A stretch of 64,000 nucleotides of DNA, from IMG/VR virus record IMGVR_UViG_3300035517_000076, positions 61,353 through 125,352 of that record, one strand, 5' to 3'. The DNA comes from a virus (Duplodnaviria > Caudoviricetes). The notes under the pieces are model-generated. The model was not told the DNA's origin, made no database searches, and saw only the letters and a program-made list of their open reading frames with translations. The translations under genes were made by a program, and so were the position numbers. Below are positions 20,846 to 32,000 of the stretch, piece after piece (within the stretch, counting starts at the first letter, position 1; every line of letters begins with the position of its first letter).

Positions 20846-21004
20846 ATGGCAACTAAAGTAATTAGATGTAATTGTACATCTCAGTATCAGGATGAAACTT
20901 ATGGTAAAGGTAACAGATTAGCTAATGAATATGCTAAAGGTTATCGTTGCACAGTATGTGGTAGAGAAACCAAATCAGAAACAGATTCTAAATCCAATGG
21001 ATAA
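20846..21004 (+). CDS. small zinc-ribbon protein (52 aa)
   Basis: Hand-translated MATKVIRCNC...QDETYGKGNR...RCTVCG; stop overlaps the next ATG (20997). Confidence 0.65.
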   Translation: MATKVIRCNCTSQYQDETYGKGNRLANEYAKGYRCTVCGRETKSETDSKSNG

Positions 21005-21287
21005 AGTTAATCATCCCTCACACTATACCTGGCTCAAAGATCTATGTGGTATTGAAGTAATTGATATTACCAGACACATGGACTTTGATTTAGGTAATGC
21101 TATTAAGTATATTCTTAGAAGTGGACATAAATCTGAAAACGGATATACTGATAAAGGTAAGGCTATTGAGGATCTTGAAAAAGCCATTTGGTATATTCAA
21201 GATGAAATAATGTTGCTCCTTAAAGAATATGTTAAACAAAAAGCAGTAGAAGAAAATGGATCAACAATCAAAGAAGAAGATAGCTAA
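20997..21287 (+). CDS. DUF3310 family protein
   Basis: VNHPSHY, GNAIKYILR, EDLEKAIWY; start revised to MDKVNHP. Confidence 0.85.
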   Translation: MDKVNHPSHYTWLKDLCGIEVIDITRHMDFDLGNAIKYILRSGHKSENGYTDKGKAIEDLEKAIWYIQDEIMLLLKEYVKQKAVEENGSTIKEEDS

Positions 21288-21444
21288 ACTTTCTGCAACA
21301 AGAAAGTTAGCTAAGTATATCTGGAAGTTTAGGTTTGAAGAAGAATGTCAAGAGCTTACTCTTTGGACAGATGCTGAGAAAAAGCAACTTGAAGATACAC
21401 TTCAGATGATTAATGATATTTGTAAACGAAATAATAAACTATGA
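21256..21444 (+). CDS. hypothetical protein
   Basis: 62-aa ORF overlapping both neighbours. Confidence 0.6.
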   Translation: MDQQSKKKIAKLSATRKLAKYIWKFRFEEECQELTLWTDAEKKQLEDTLQMINDICKRNNKL

Positions 21445-21827
21445 GTAGTTATTTAAATATCTATGGTATTCCAAGAGAAGACCAGAGTAAGAGAATACTA
21501 ATCATCTCCTTTTCTCGTAGTCAAGACATCTATTCATTTTTTGAAGATTCGTTTATGAATGCTGATAAGGAAATAGAATTGTCTTTACATAAGCTTGATG
21601 AAGTTAAAGCAGAGATTAGAGCAGACCTAACTAGACAAGAAAAGAGGTTAGCATTATATAAAGAGTGTCATAAAACTATGGAAGAGATGGAAGAGATAAT
21701 AAGCATCTCTGAATTTATAGACACTTTAAAAGACACTAGTAATACTGTTGATTTTCTTACACTGCTTGTTAGTGATGCTTACTATAAATTTTCAGGAATT
21801 GAAAAATATGTTTTTAAGATAGAATGA
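21441..21827 (+). CDS. hypothetical protein
   Basis: 128-aa ORF with ATGA overlaps. Confidence 0.7.
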   Translation: MSSYLNIYGIPREDQSKRILIISFSRSQDIYSFFEDSFMNADKEIELSLHKLDEVKAEIRADLTRQEKRLALYKECHKTMEEMEEIISISEFIDTLKDTSNTVDFLTLLVSDAYYKFSGIEKYVFKIE

Positions 21828-22498
21828 ATATTATGCTTTACGGAAAAATAAATACTCTTTTTAAAAGAGATGAAGCTGGTAACATCATTCCAGACCAACT
21901 TACAGAAAAGAACTTTGAACTACTCAAAGATACTAAATGGGAATGTACAGAAAAAGTAGATGGAACTAACATTGCTATTGTACTTAATCCTGATGATACT
22001 GTAGAGTTCTTTGGACATACAGTTAATGCAATAATTCCTCCTCATCTGCTTTCCATGTTAAAAGAAAGATTTACAGCAGAGAATCTAAAGAAAGCTTTTC
22101 ATATAAGTGATTCTGAAAGAGTACCTATTACTTTATTTGGAGAAGGATTTGGTTATAAGATTCAAAAGTATGGAAATAGATACAATAGTAAATCAGCAGA
22201 TTTTATTCTGTTTGATATATTTATTGGTGGATATTGGCTTACTAGAGAGTCTTGTGAATCAATAGCTTCTTTATTAGGAATTGCTATAGTTCCTATTATA
22301 GGTTATTTCACTATACCGGAAGCTATTGAATATGTCAAGAAAGGCTTTAAATCTATAGTTGCAGAAGATCCTTCTCTTGATGCAGAAGGATTAGTTCTCC
22401 GCACTACTACCGGACTTCTTGACAGACAGGGAAAGAGAATAATAACTAAACTAAAAACTTGTGACTTTCGTAAACTCGAAAGAGCACAACAACAATAA
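21824..22498 (+). CDS. RNA ligase (Rnl2-like nucleotidyltransferase domain)
   Basis: Motif I EKVDGTN, FGE, FILFDI, EGLVLR, terminal TKLK. Confidence 0.8.
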   Translation: MNIMLYGKINTLFKRDEAGNIIPDQLTEKNFELLKDTKWECTEKVDGTNIAIVLNPDDTVEFFGHTVNAIIPPHLLSMLKERFTAENLKKAFHISDSERVPITLFGEGFGYKIQKYGNRYNSKSADFILFDIFIGGYWLTRESCESIASLLGIAIVPIIGYFTIPEAIEYVKKGFKSIVAEDPSLDAEGLVLRTTTGLLDRQGKRIITKLKTCDFRKLERAQQQ

Positions 22499-22500
22499 CT

Positions 22501-22821
22501 ATGGAAAATGTACCTTTAGGAGCTAATGAAGATTCAAGAGCACCTTGGAAGAGAGAAACAGAAACGATTACTGTTCCGGTAACTGTTTCTATAACTATGA
22601 GTAAACAATTTGAAGTCTGTGTTACAGTAGATAAAGAAAGATTTAATGAGGATAAGGGAATTGATCTTACTGAAGAAGAATTAAAAAATGCAGTAGGAAG
22701 TCAAATCATTTTACCTCATGAAGTAAATAATTATCTATCGGATTCCGATCCCTCTCTGAGTTTTATTAAAGAGGATCTAAGTGGATGGAATGTAGATGGC
22801 TTTGAAGTAATCAACGAATGA
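22501..22821 (+). CDS. hypothetical protein
   Basis: 106 aa, N-terminal PLGANEDSRAPW. Confidence 0.7.
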   Translation: MENVPLGANEDSRAPWKRETETITVPVTVSITMSKQFEVCVTVDKERFNEDKGIDLTEEELKNAVGSQIILPHEVNNYLSDSDPSLSFIKEDLSGWNVDGFEVINE

Positions 22822-22822
22822 T

Positions 22823-23065
22823 ATGAGAATATTAAAATTCTATGGAGAAACCTGTGGTCCTTGTCAAGTTCTTGAAGGCAATCTAAATTCTTTAAATATT
22901 GAACATGAAAGTATTAATATTGAAGATGAGCAAGCAGAAGAGCTGATTATTAAATATGGTATTCGAGGAATACCAACATTAGTAATACTTGATGATGATG
23001 GAAATGTTCTCAAGAAACATACAGGACTACTTAACATTAACGACCTTAAAACATTTATACAATGA
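22823..23065 (+). CDS. thioredoxin/glutaredoxin
   Basis: CGPC, YGIRGIPTL. Confidence 0.9.
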   Translation: MRILKFYGETCGPCQVLEGNLNSLNIEHESINIEDEQAEELIIKYGIRGIPTLVILDDDGNVLKKHTGLLNINDLKTFIQ

Positions 23066-23937
23066 AATTTATTTTGCCTAGTGTAGAACTTATCAAGCAA
23101 GGTAATACTATTACAACAATACTAAAGCATATTGAACTATGTGGACGTATTGCTTATAAATCTGCTGATAAGATTACTGAAACTTCTTACAATAGATTTA
23201 TTAAAATGCTTGAAGATAATAAACATACCAGTGTTCTTGAGCACGGTACTGTATATCTTAAAGCTGAAATAAAAAAATCTTCAAATGATAATTATAATAA
23301 TTATTTATTGAATGATCCACTATCACATTATAAATATAATAAGTATTCTACATACACACTACTGGTAAATGATCATTCAGAAACTGCTTATGTAACTACT
23401 AATTACAGAGTATTATTTCAGAATGGCTGGTTAGATGATATTAAGTTCATGATTCCGTTTGATAAAGAACATCATGAGCCTAGATATACATTTAAGATTA
23501 TTACATCAAGAAGTATTTCTCACCAACTTGTTCGTCACCGTGTGTTTAGTTTTACACAAAGCAGTCAAAGATATTGTAATTACAGCAAAGATAAGTTTGG
23601 TGGTGAGATTACTTATGTAATTCCTTACTGGGCAAGATCTTCAAAACTTAAAGAAAGTGAACTTGATTATGCTAATGATAATGTAGTTAAACTAATTCAA
23701 CTTTGTAAAGATGCTGAAGATTCTTATTTAAGTATGATTTCCAATGGAGCTACTCCACAAGAAGCAAGAGAAGTTTTACCTAATGCTTGTATGACAGAAA
23801 TTATCATGACTGGTACATCAAAACAATGGGAAGATTTCTTCGTACTTAGATGTGCTAATGATGCCCATCCAGACATTAAGATTCTAGCAGATCAAATTAA
23901 AAGTATAATCTATAAGATCGAAGGAAGAGAGGAATAA
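23062..23937 (+). CDS. thyX: flavin-dependent thymidylate synthase
   Basis: HTSVLEH, RSISHQLVRHR, SQRY, EAREVLP. Confidence 0.92.
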   Translation: MKFILPSVELIKQGNTITTILKHIELCGRIAYKSADKITETSYNRFIKMLEDNKHTSVLEHGTVYLKAEIKKSSNDNYNNYLLNDPLSHYKYNKYSTYTLLVNDHSETAYVTTNYRVLFQNGWLDDIKFMIPFDKEHHEPRYTFKIITSRSISHQLVRHRVFSFTQSSQRYCNYSKDKFGGEITYVIPYWARSSKLKESELDYANDNVVKLIQLCKDAEDSYLSMISNGATPQEAREVLPNACMTEIIMTGTSKQWEDFFVLRCANDAHPDIKILADQIKSIIYKIEGREE

Positions 23938-23963
23938 TTATCCTGTGTTTTATATATATTTTT

Positions 23964-23998
23964 GGGAGGAGAAGTAATTACTTTTCCTCCCTTTCTTT
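23964..23998 (+). terminator. Rho-independent terminator
   Basis: GGGAGGAGAAGT...ACTTTTCCTCCC hairpin followed by TTTCTTT. Confidence 0.7.
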
Positions 23999-24021
23999 CG
24001 TCTTTAATGAAAGTAGTATGT

Positions 24022-24237
24022 ATGAAAGATAATATAAAAGAAAGATTTAGGACAAAGTTTCCTACTTTACCGGAAGAAGAGTTTGATTCTTTATTTAGAT
24101 TTTATAGGTTAGGATATACAGAAGCATTATATGACATATATGAATATGTGTCTTCACAATTTTCAAAAGAGATGACTAATTATGTAGATGAAATAAAAAC
24201 AGCATTAGAAGGAGCTTTTAAAGAAGATTCTTTATAA
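24022..24237 (+). CDS. hypothetical protein
   Basis: ORF downstream of the terminator; start revised to MKDNIK (24007 is an alternative). Confidence 0.55.
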   Translation: MKDNIKERFRTKFPTLPEEEFDSLFRFYRLGYTEALYDIYEYVSSQFSKEMTNYVDEIKTALEGAFKEDSL

Positions 24238-24271
24238 GTTTAACCATAATATGTAAATATTTCCAAAAAGG

Positions 24272-24303
24272 TTTGGCAAATATATATTCTTTCTTTATAT
24301 TTG
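24272..24303 (+). promoter_or_regulatory. Bacteroidetes primary-sigma promoter (-33 TTTG / -7 TAnnTTTG)
   Basis: TTTG 24272-24275, 20-nt spacer, TATATTTG 24296-24303. Confidence 0.7.
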
Positions 24304-24325
24304 CTCGGTATTAAATCTAATTATT

Positions 24326-24469
24326 ATGGGTAACAACACTAAAGTTAATAAGCCTAGACCTCTAGTTGGAGTTACTAGACCTGTTCGTAAGGATGAAAAA
24401 CTTTATGGATGTGGTGGAAAGCTCTATGCTTGTGGAGGTAAGATGAAAACTTCCAAGAAAAAGAAGTAA
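24326..24469 (+). CDS. small basic protein with tandem YxCGGK motifs (47 aa)
   Basis: Hand-translated MGNNTKVNKPRPLVGVTRPVRKDEKLYGCGGKLYACGGKMKTSKKKK, directly after a consensus promoter. Confidence 0.7.
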   Translation: MGNNTKVNKPRPLVGVTRPVRKDEKLYGCGGKLYACGGKMKTSKKKK

Positions 24470-24507
24470 TCCTAGTTTTAAGTATATTCAGTTAATGCTC
24501 TATACTT

Positions 24508-24879
24508 ATGAACAAACATCTATTGAAATTAACTAAAGCATTGACAATGTATTTGCCAATGCTTTTTTGTTTCTTTACAGTAATAGATACTATTTGCATG
24601 ATGTGTGGAGTAGAGTTGAATGTGTTTAATTATTTAGGAGGCTATAGTATTTTAATTGTGATTTATTTATTGGTAAACAGTTTTACCTTTAGATATTGTT
24701 TGTATCATAGAATACCTATTTATTATATGTGTTTTATGATGGTATTAAATACCTTAGAATACTACTTTGAAATCTTTGGTATAACCTACGAGTATGTTTT
24801 TTACTTTAGTACAGGAACTATGATTATTTTGTATTCCTTTCTAAAGTATAGAGATAATATAAAATTGAAAAACAAATAA
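24508..24879 (+). CDS. multi-pass membrane protein
   Basis: About four hydrophobic segments. Confidence 0.65.
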   Translation: MNKHLLKLTKALTMYLPMLFCFFTVIDTICMMCGVELNVFNYLGGYSILIVIYLLVNSFTFRYCLYHRIPIYYMCFMMVLNTLEYYFEIFGITYEYVFYFSTGTMIILYSFLKYRDNIKLKNK

Positions 24880-24890
24880 AACTTTAGTGT

Positions 24891-25079
24891 ATGTTCTTAT
24901 ATTTAATAGGATGTTGTATAGCCTTTTGGGGATTTATGTATATTAATGAAAAAGAAAATATCAGCATTAGTATGAATTTAAGTCCAACAGAGACAGAGAT
25001 GTGTATTCTTCTTGCCTCTCTTTCCTCTTGGCTTGGGGTTCTAGTGGTGGTAATGTTTTTAATAATGAACCAAAAATGA
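24891..25079 (+). CDS. small two-TM membrane protein
   Basis: Two hydrophobic segments, LSSWLG. Confidence 0.6.
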   Translation: MFLYLIGCCIAFWGFMYINEKENISISMNLSPTETEMCILLASLSSWLGVLVVVMFLIMNQK

Positions 25080-25360
25080 ATTATTTAATGCACAAGTTTA
25101 GCAAGCCTTTAACAATCTATAAACTTAAAGATTTTGAAGAGGTATTAAAGAACGAAGGTTATTATTTTCATCATCAAAGAGCTACCCATAGAATATATGC
25201 TAATAAGGAATATAAATATGTTACAGTTCCTATTGGCAAACATGGGGAAGTGAACGGAATGATGTCTACAGTTACACTCCAAAGAATTAAAAACAATCAA
25301 TGTAGAGTATTAGATAAAAATACAATACAAAAGTATAGTTCACAGTTTAAGTTAAGTTAG
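25076..25360 (+). CDS. HicA-like (dsRBD-fold) protein
   Basis: FEEVLKNEGY..HQRATHRIY...VTVP.GKH pattern; start revised to ATG 25076. Confidence 0.6.
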   Translation: MNYLMHKFSKPLTIYKLKDFEEVLKNEGYYFHHQRATHRIYANKEYKYVTVPIGKHGEVNGMMSTVTLQRIKNNQCRVLDKNTIQKYSSQFKLS

Positions 25361-25361
25361 T

Positions 25362-25796
25362 ATGACAAAGCACATATTTGATGAATACTACAAAGAATTT
25401 CCAGAAGTTTTAGCCAGAATGATGTGGCATCAAGCTAAGCAAGGAAGACCAATGACATTTAGTACTGACCTTGATAGTAGAGAATTTAATAAAGGATTCT
25501 CTTGGCAAAAAACTCCAGAGGGTATTTCATTTTGGAGTCATGTAATGAGAGGATATTACATTGCATCAGAAAGAGCTGATGTACATGAATCATTTCCTCA
25601 TTATAGACCTGGAAGTATAGTAAGTATATATTATAATGGTAAGCCTAAAAACTATAGGTTTATTGCATGGGATCTTCCAGGTCATGCTATCATAGTTATG
25701 ACAGAAGTTGCCTATGCTCTGCTTAATAGTAGAGAGCCTTCGTTTACCAATAAAGAAGAGATTAGAAGAATACCTCTTGAAACTCTTATTTGGTAA
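25362..25796 (+). CDS. hypothetical protein
   Basis: 144 aa, FSWQKTPEGISFW. Confidence 0.7.
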   Translation: MTKHIFDEYYKEFPEVLARMMWHQAKQGRPMTFSTDLDSREFNKGFSWQKTPEGISFWSHVMRGYYIASERADVHESFPHYRPGSIVSIYYNGKPKNYRFIAWDLPGHAIIVMTEVAYALLNSREPSFTNKEEIRRIPLETLIW

Positions 25797-26009
25797 ATTC
25801 CCATCAGTACTCTTTTTCTTTTCTTTTCTGCTTTTCATAAGGAGAAGAGAAGAGGAAAAGAGTAATTTTAGAAAGTAAAACAAACAAGAAACTAAAAAAG
25901 TAAAACTTTAAATACACAAAAACAAGACATGGTATTAATTTATGTAGAGAAATTGGTTATAAACAAACAGGCATTTAGCTAATGTGCTTATAACTAGAAC
26001 AATTCTAAC

Positions 26010-26017
26010 TATCTTTG
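26010..26017 (+). promoter_or_regulatory. Bacteroidetes-type -7 element upstream of the RNAP gene
   Basis: TATCTTTG 31 nt before ATG 26049; no clear -33 box. Confidence 0.45.
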
Positions 26018-26048
26018 TACAATAAAAACACTTTAATACTTTGAAAAT

Positions 26049-29000
26049 ATGGATTACTGTTACCTACCAACAAGAAAGGACAGTTTAATAGCTAAAGTCT
26101 ATGCTGATTTTCGTGGAGAAAACGAAAAAGAAAAAAGTATAGGCAGATATGTGGCTACTCTAAGAGGAATGTATGACGAAGCTGTTAGAAAAGCTACACC
26201 TCCTGGAGAAACTCCACAACTTCCTGATTGGGACAACATGAGTATAGTAGAAACTTTGCGTACACTTCAAAGATTTAGAGCAGATCTTAAAAGTGGAAAG
26301 AAGAACTTCTTAAAGAAAGTTGATTCTGCACTTCAAAATGCCATCAATACAGGAAAGGGAATGAGGCGATTACAAAAAGCTTATACTCCAACTACTAGAG
26401 AACTTCGTATTAGTAGAATAACTACAGATGTTTCAAAAGAGATTGATCTTATTCAAGAGAAATTCCCTAATCTATCAAGAGCACAGATAGGAATGGGTGT
26501 AAAAACAGCTGATGGAACTACTAAGTTTGGTGCACTAAATATTTATGATAAACTATTTAATAAGTATTTAGCTAAGGCTGAACGATACGAACATTTAGGA
26601 GAAGAAGAAAAAGCTAAAGAGTATTATAAAATTCTTGATAACTGGGAATCTCTAGTTACTTTGTCTATGCTTAGACTAAGAGACATTGAACAATTAAAGA
26701 TTGGTATTGATGGATCTTATGCAGCAGAGACTGATGAGAATGATTATAATGATACTGACGTAGAGGACTTAGTCAATCTTGAAGAGATGGAGAAAGACGG
26801 CTGGATGGAAGTAGCTGAATCTATGAGTGCTTATGCCAGTATAGGCAAACAAGTTCGTAGAGTATTAGCTATGATACCGGCAGTAGATGAGAATGGCAAA
26901 GTTATTACTGATGATTTAGGAGAACCTATAAATGCAGATCCTGTTAAAGTTCATCAGAATTTAGTAGCTATTACTCGTGGTTGTACTAGTTCTATTACAA
27001 TGATAAAGGCTATTACAGATGCTGCATCTTATAACAAGATGATGTTAAAAGTACTCGAAGTTCTCTGCCCAGGCATAGTTGAACAAAGACCTGATGGTAC
27101 TATCTATATGGACAAGTCTTTTGATGATGCTATGTCAAGAATGTTTAAGAAGTTTCTTGCAGAAAAGCAGATTCCTAATGCTGAAAGATATAAATCATTT
27201 CAAGATTATGAAAACTTTCTTGAACAAAAGATTGCAAGCATTAATAGTCAAATAGTAGAACCTTCAGAAAATGCTACCAAGGAAGAAAGGGAAGCTATTG
27301 AAGAACAAAAAAGTATGTATGCTGAAGATATTAAATTATATAACGAGTTATTAGAAGAAACTAAGGCCGTTGAACAAGTGTATATGGCTAAAGCAGATAA
27401 TGCTATGTCTATGCGCTCAGCATTCTTTCATGATTTGTATTCAAATTTTGCTCCCCTGACTACTCTTGAAAAAGTTACTAATGCAGTTACTGGTATTTCA
27501 AAGTGGGCTGTTAGACTATTAAATAGAAGATCAAATGCCTCTCTTTATCAAAATGCCAAATCACACATGACTATAGGATATAACTATAAAACAAGTGGAT
27601 TTGAAATGCACGAATTTATCTATGATGAAGAGGGTCATATAGATTTTAATGGTCTTAATGCTATACAATATTCTATATTAAATGTAGTAGGTAAAAAAGA
27701 TTTTACTCAGCTTTATAGTAATGCGTATCTAAAAATACAACAAGAACTTAAAGAAGCTCAAAAGATTGTAGCTACTACAACAGAAGAACGAATAGCAAAA
27801 GAGAAGAAAATAGAAGAAATAAAGAAGAGACTTAGTACAGAAGCTGGTGAATTTAATTATAAGAATATTGATGCTATTAAAAGAATATTGAGAGCTTTTG
27901 GTATAGATTCTAAAGATATGAATCTTACTGCTCAGGCTATTTATAGTAATAGAGCAGCACGTATAGAATTTCAAAAAGCTGCAACAAATTTCAATCAGCA
28001 TTTTATTGAAACTGCTTCTGTACAAAGAGCAAAAGCTAATGCTATAGAATATGAAAAAGATTCTGAAGGTAACAATGTTTTAGACGAACGTGGTCAGCCA
28101 ATTATAAGTAAAGATAATCATGGTGGAATAGTCTTCTCTAAAAAATATACTCCTACAATGGAATATTATTTTGGAAAGAAGATTAGTAGTAGTCCATCTA
28201 ATTATACAGAACTTGAAGAAGCTTTAATGAAGTTTACAAGTTTAGTTGCAGAGAATGACCCTAATATTAAACTTGAAGCTAGAGTTCCATATATGGATAA
28301 GCATGGTAATCCTACCAGACTTTCCAGTGATGTAAATCCTTCTTATTTAGGAGATATGGTTCAGCAAATTCAAGGTATTGTTAAGGCAGGAAATAAAACC
28401 TTGCTTAAAGAGTATCTTGAGAATAACTTCTTTAAATGTAGTATGTTTGCTGACATTCTTAGAATTGAAAGAAGAGAAGTTACTAAAATAGTAGGAGGAA
28501 AGGAAGTAAAAGTTCCTACCTATGTTCCTGTTTATGGTAATATTAGAAACTATTGGTTAAGAAAACTCTATGAACAATGCTTAGATAAGGATGCTTCTCT
28601 AACTATGCCAGATGGTTTTGCTGCAAATGTTAGTTGGAATAGACTTATTGGAGATAATAAGAATGCAGAGAATGCGCAGCGTTTTGAAGATTATTCTATG
28701 AAACAACACGCTCTTGCAATGCTTACTGCCTATGCTCAGAATGCAGAAAATAGTTATGCAGATTATCCTGTATTTATTCTTGGCGATAGTGGGGTAATGA
28801 AGTTCATGAGAGGACCTATTCTTAGTAGAGAAGAAATTATTGATGAACTTGTAGACAATGTGATTAATCAAGAGCTTACTAGATCTAGATTAGCATCTGG
28901 AACTAAGAGAATACTTGAAGATCAGAATATGCCTATTATTGATAATTTCTGCAAGAATGCCAATAAGTTTTCTATACTTCCCTTCTTCAATGAAAACTAT

Positions 29001-32000
29001 GAAATCAAAGTAGTAGACAAACTAATTAATGGTACTCAAGTAGATCCTTATGTAGCTATTGTTGAGAAAGGAACTGATAACATAGTTACACGAGATGAAA
29101 TCAAAAGAGTTATTCAAGAAAACTTTGAACAAAAAGAACAAGAATATTATGACTTCATAAGTAGTAAAGGACTTCTAAAAGAAGTTAATGGCAAGTATCT
29201 TTATATTGAAGATAGTGTTGCAAAACGAATGACTAAGTATATCAAAATAATAGATCAGCAAGACCCGGTTACTAAGAGATTCTTTAAAGGCGAAGCTAAA
29301 GATGTTTCTGAAGTAATTGCCTTAGTTAAAAGAGAACAGGGCAGAGAAATTACTGAAGAAGAAGCTAAAGCTATTAGTAAGGAAGACATTAGAAAAATGG
29401 TTGCTAGAGAATTAGTTAAAGAGATGTACTATAACACAAGATTTGCTACTATAGAACAAATTCAATTAATGACTACTGACCCAAGCTTCTATAAGAATGT
29501 AGTTGATTTACAGAAGCGTTATAAAGAAATTCATGCTCCAGGAAAAAAACTTGATGTTACTGCATGGGACAAGTTTAATCATAGACTGTTTACTGATCGT
29601 ACAGTAAGACTTGGAGATGGAAATGTGGACTATAAACGTGACTATAATGAAAGAGTTGTTTACTTTGATGATATTTCTATTCCCGGTTCTGAAGTAGGAG
29701 TTAAACGAGGATCTCTTGAATCTGAATTTACTTCTGTTATGGAATCAATATTTGGAAAAGATTCAGCTGAATATAAGGAATATGAAAAAGGTTGTACTCT
29801 AACAGATGGTCAAGGTTATAGAACACTTAAAGGCTTTCGTAGAGTAATGGGAATGGCAGGAAAGTGGACAGAAGAACACGAAGCTGTATATAAGAAAATC
29901 TTACAGTATAGTGATAAACTTAAAAACAGAACTGTTTCTGATGAAGAGAAGCAGTCTTATATTAAGGAAATTGTTAAACTGTCTACAGTAATGCAGCCTG
30001 TTAAACCTTATCTTTATAGTAAAGAAAGAATAAATGGATTCAATACTAGAAAAGATATTACTGATGAACATAATCAGAAAATCTCAGAGCAGGCAGCTCC
30101 AAACTACATTGATATTCCTGTACAACACAAGTATGCTGAAGTAATACTTATTCCAGAACTTCTTCCCGAAGGTTCTCGTCTTAGACAGCTTGCTGAGCTT
30201 ATGGATAGAGATGATGAGGGAATTAGAACTAAGAATGGTATTGCAGTAACTAAGTATGGTATAGACTTAGTATGTTCTACTAAAGCTGTTAAAGTAGGTG
30301 GATTTGGATCTATTGCATTTGACTTTCAAACTAATGATGAAGGTTTATATGTAGATGCTTCAGGCAATGTTATTAAAGATGCTTCTGGAAATAATCCTAA
30401 AACTAGAGATGATCAAAAACGAAATAGTGAGTTTAGAAAGCTTGCTGTTCCTGTAAATAATGTTACATTTGCTAAACAATTTGACAAAGCTTATGTACAT
30501 AAACTTAGTTATGAAGATTATCGTATTCAAACTAATGTACCTAATCACATCAATCATGATGCTTTGTTTGGTACACAAGTAAGAAAACTAGTTTTAGCAC
30601 ATCTTAAAACAGATGAAGGTTATGCAGGTTATCGAAGATATTTATCTAAAATAATTGAAGGAGAATCCGAAGCAGTTGGTGTTAATTTAACTGGAGAAAT
30701 AGGAGGAGAAAAGACATTACTTGATGGTAATGGATTAATGACTTTCTATAATCAGTTGATTTGTGCTAACATTCTTGAAAGTTATGAAAGCTTTAAGAAA
30801 GCTGTAGCAACTCTTCCTTCTACAAGTAGGTATCTAATTCAACAAGCTATTAGTAGTTCTAGAGAATCTGAGGATAATATCTTAGCTTATTGTCTTACAG
30901 GTGATGCTGATTTTCTTCTTCCACTCTTTGAAAACTCCACCGCACATGATGCCTCTGCTTCTCTGTTTTCTATATTTAAGAAAGCAGTAAACAAGCAAAG
31001 AATTTCTGGTGGTGCTGCTGTTCAAGCTTCCTCTTGGGGTATTACTAAAGTTGAACATGGTTCTGACTATGGTAATCTTGAATATCATGGAGAAGTTGCA
31101 AGAGATGAAAATGGTAAAGTTATCTATGATTCTAATGGAAAACCTAAGTATGACAATATTCTTTATGGCGATTGTGAAATTCCTTTTAATCTACATTATT
31201 CTTATGTAGACAAGAGAGGAAATGTACGAGAAGTAAAATTAAACTTTGAAGATTATTGTAATCCTGATGGTACTCTTAAAGAGTCAGGAAGACGTATAGA
31301 TATAAGAGCTATTGCTGAAGGTGATTCAAGAGTTGTAGATCCAAATACACCATTAGGAGGATCTATTGTAAAAGAAGCTCTTATAGAAAAACATTTCCCA
31401 GGAATACTTGATATAATTGCATATCGTATTCCTTCAGAATCTGCTTATTCAATGCTGAATCTTAGAGTAAAAAGATTTAGTAAACCTACTGAAGGTGGTA
31501 CTATTAAAGTTCCTCCGCAGGGTACTGTACAAGCAGGATTTGACTTTGATATTGACAAGCTTTATTTAATGCGAAAAGAATTTCGTTTAAGTAATAAAAG
31601 ATTATCAAAAGAACAAAGAAGAAGAGTATGGCAATCATTTTGGAGTGATCCTAAAAATAAAGACATTGTTACAGCTCTTAAAGATGCTAAGAAGAGTGAG
31701 GAAAGCTTACTACCAATGATTGATAAATTACTTGATAGTATAGGAGTAACTGATGAAGAAGATACTGAATCAGGAAACTCAACATCACTACTTAACTATT
31801 GGGAAGCTGCTGGACTTGATCCTAAAATGTTGCCTGTTTTTAGGGATTTAATTTTAAACTATGGATTTGGTTTTGATGAGTATGACTTGGATGCTCCTGT
31901 GAATGCTTTTGATAAAACTATTAATATTCCTATATTCCAGAAGGAGGGAGTTTATAGTGTTTCTACTAATGTTGTTAGTAGTACCATAAATAGACCTTCT

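Noticed and set aside
23962-24021. N-terminal extensions called by the ORF track (23962; also 12289, 20925, 25001)
   Set aside because: They overlap a terminator or upstream genes; downstream ATGs fit better
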